A DNA stretch of 43,581 nt from Acidimicrobiia bacterium. GTDB taxonomy: Bacteria > Actinomycetota > Acidimicrobiia > IMCC26256 > Chersky-534. The translations under genes were made by a program, and so were the position numbers. The stretch is taken from the NCBI GenBank assembly GCA_017882925.1, contig JADGOM010000067.1, forward strand, positions 1 to 43,581, read 5' to 3'. The notes beneath the pieces were generated by a model. The model saw only the letters and a program-made list of their open reading frames with translations. It ran no database searches and was not told the DNA's origin. Below, one piece after another: positions 42,668 to 43,581 of the stretch (the stretch's first letter is position 1; every line of letters begins with the position of its first letter).

Positions 42668-43579
42668 ATGGATGTCCGCGAGTTGGGCCAGACCCTGAGC
42701 AACTGGGGCCGGTGGGGCACCGACGACGAACGGGGCACCACCAACCTGATCACGCCGGAGGCGCTGGTGGCCGCGGCGCAGCTGGTACGCCAGGGAAAGG
42801 TCTTCGACCTCGGCATCAACTTCGACAGTTCCGGGCCGCAGCCGGGTGGCGCCCGCAACAACCCGGTGCACCTGATGTCGGCCACGGGCGTCGGCCAGGA
42901 CTTCCGCGGCGGCTTCTGCTACGCCGACGACTACGTGATCATGCAGCTGCAGTGCGCGACGCAGTGGGACGGCCTCGCCCACGTGTTCTACGACGGCCAG
43001 CTGTACAACGGCTTCCCGGCCAGCGAGGTCACGCCCAAGGGCACCCTGCACGTCGGTATCGAGAAGCAGGGCAAGGGCATCACCGGCCGGGGCGTGCTGC
43101 TCGACATCGCCGCGCTCAAGGACGTGCGGTGGCTCGAGCCCGGATACGCGATCACACCCGCCGACCTCGACGCGGCCGCGGCACGCGAGGGCGTCACCAT
43201 CCGCTCGGGCGACATCGTGCTCTTCCGCACCGGTTGGCGCCGCTTCTTCGTGGAGACCGGCTCCGCCGCCGACTACATGAAGTCGGAGCCGGGACTCGGG
43301 CTCGCGTGCTGCGAATGGCTCCACCGCCACGAGGTCGCCGCGGTCTGCTCCGACAACTTCGGCATCGAGGTCCAGCCGCCCGAACGCGCCGAGGACTCGC
43401 TGCCCGTCCACATGATCCTGATCCGCGACATGGGCATGACGCTCGGCGAGATCTTCGACCTCGAGGAGCTCGCGGCCGACTGCGAGGCCGACGGCGTGTG
43501 GGAGTTCCTCTTCTCCGCCCCGGTCCTCAAGGTCACCGGCGGCGTCGGCTCTCCCATCAACCCCCTCGCCCTCAAGTAG
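42668..43579 (+). CDS. cyclase-family protein (kynurenine-formamidase/isatin-hydrolase fold)
   Basis: An AGAGGAG RBS precedes the ATG at 42668. Motifs: WGRWG.DDERGT.N, QLQCATQWDGLAH (a variant of the HxGTHxDxPxH region) and RTGW. 303 aa, divergent from the 20-gene block. Confidence 0.8.
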   Translation: MDVRELGQTLSNWGRWGTDDERGTTNLITPEALVAAAQLVRQGKVFDLGINFDSSGPQPGGARNNPVHLMSATGVGQDFRGGFCYADDYVIMQLQCATQWDGLAHVFYDGQLYNGFPASEVTPKGTLHVGIEKQGKGITGRGVLLDIAALKDVRWLEPGYAITPADLDAAAAREGVTIRSGDIVLFRTGWRRFFVETGSAADYMKSEPGLGLACCEWLHRHEVAAVCSDNFGIEVQPPERAEDSLPVHMILIRDMGMTLGEIFDLEELAADCEADGVWEFLFSAPVLKVTGGVGSPINPLALK

Positions 43580-43581
43580 CC

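Noticed and set aside
1-43581. Mobile-element, prophage, defence-system or horizontally acquired island signatures.
   Set aside because: No transposase, integrase, recombinase, flanking tRNA, terminal inverted repeat, toxin-antitoxin or nuclease/helicase defence genes were recognisable. Base composition looks uniformly GC-rich apart from a few short intergenic AT-enriched patches.

Overview
This is a very GC-rich, actinobacterial-style chromosomal segment (GC not computed) with about 44 protein-coding genes. I found no rRNA, tRNA, CRISPR array, transposase, integrase or phage gene. Many six-frame track ORFs are antisense or out-of-frame artefacts of stop-codon-poor DNA. I trimmed them to the parts that show recognisable family motifs, plausible starts, ribosome-binding sites (RBS) and stop/start coupling.

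Left part (1-18.7 kb) is mixed-orientation housekeeping, stress and miscellaneous genes:
- a membrane-anchored GH43-like hydrolase, a zeta-crystallin-type quinone oxidoreductase and a YacP/NYN-like protein
- a secreted Ig-SGNH hydrolase
- a translationally coupled LMW-PTP (low-molecular-weight phosphotyrosine phosphatase)-fold / PIG-L deacetylase pair
- a group-II truncated haemoglobin, two VOC proteins, a NUDIX hydrolase, SDRs and msrA
- a MacB/FtsX-type ABC pair, an amidohydrolase, an acyltransferase-3 and DUF72
- PEBP, an aldo-keto reductase, a CX5R phosphatase and a TIGR03086/DinB-like protein

Right part (18.7-42.6 kb) is the most interesting region. It holds 20 consecutive minus-strand genes, many joined by ATGA/TTGA overlaps:
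- an FMN alpha-hydroxy-acid oxidase, an HpcH aldolase, a P450, a GNAT and an AMP-ligase
- a SnoaL-like protein and two paralogous D-aminoacylase-like amidohydrolases
- HyuA and HyuB; HyuB carries a ~140-aa C-terminal extension
- two amidohydrolase-2 proteins, a Rieske oxygenase alpha subunit and a phosphotriesterase-like protein
- a class II aldolase, an SDR, a Zn-ADH, an HSL-type esterase and GH15

A divergent cyclase-family gene sits at the right edge. No regulator, transporter or redox partner is visible in this block. I cannot match it to a characterised pathway from memory.

Structural oddities:
- a 49-nt near-perfect hairpin straddling a stop codon, followed by a promoter-like TTGACG-N17-TACGTT
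- a perfect 26-bp tandem duplication covering a stop codon, plus two shorter stop-proximal duplications
- a 16-bp x3.4 C-rich tandem repeat carrying anti-Shine-Dalgarno (anti-SD)-like CUCCUC motifs upstream of an RBS
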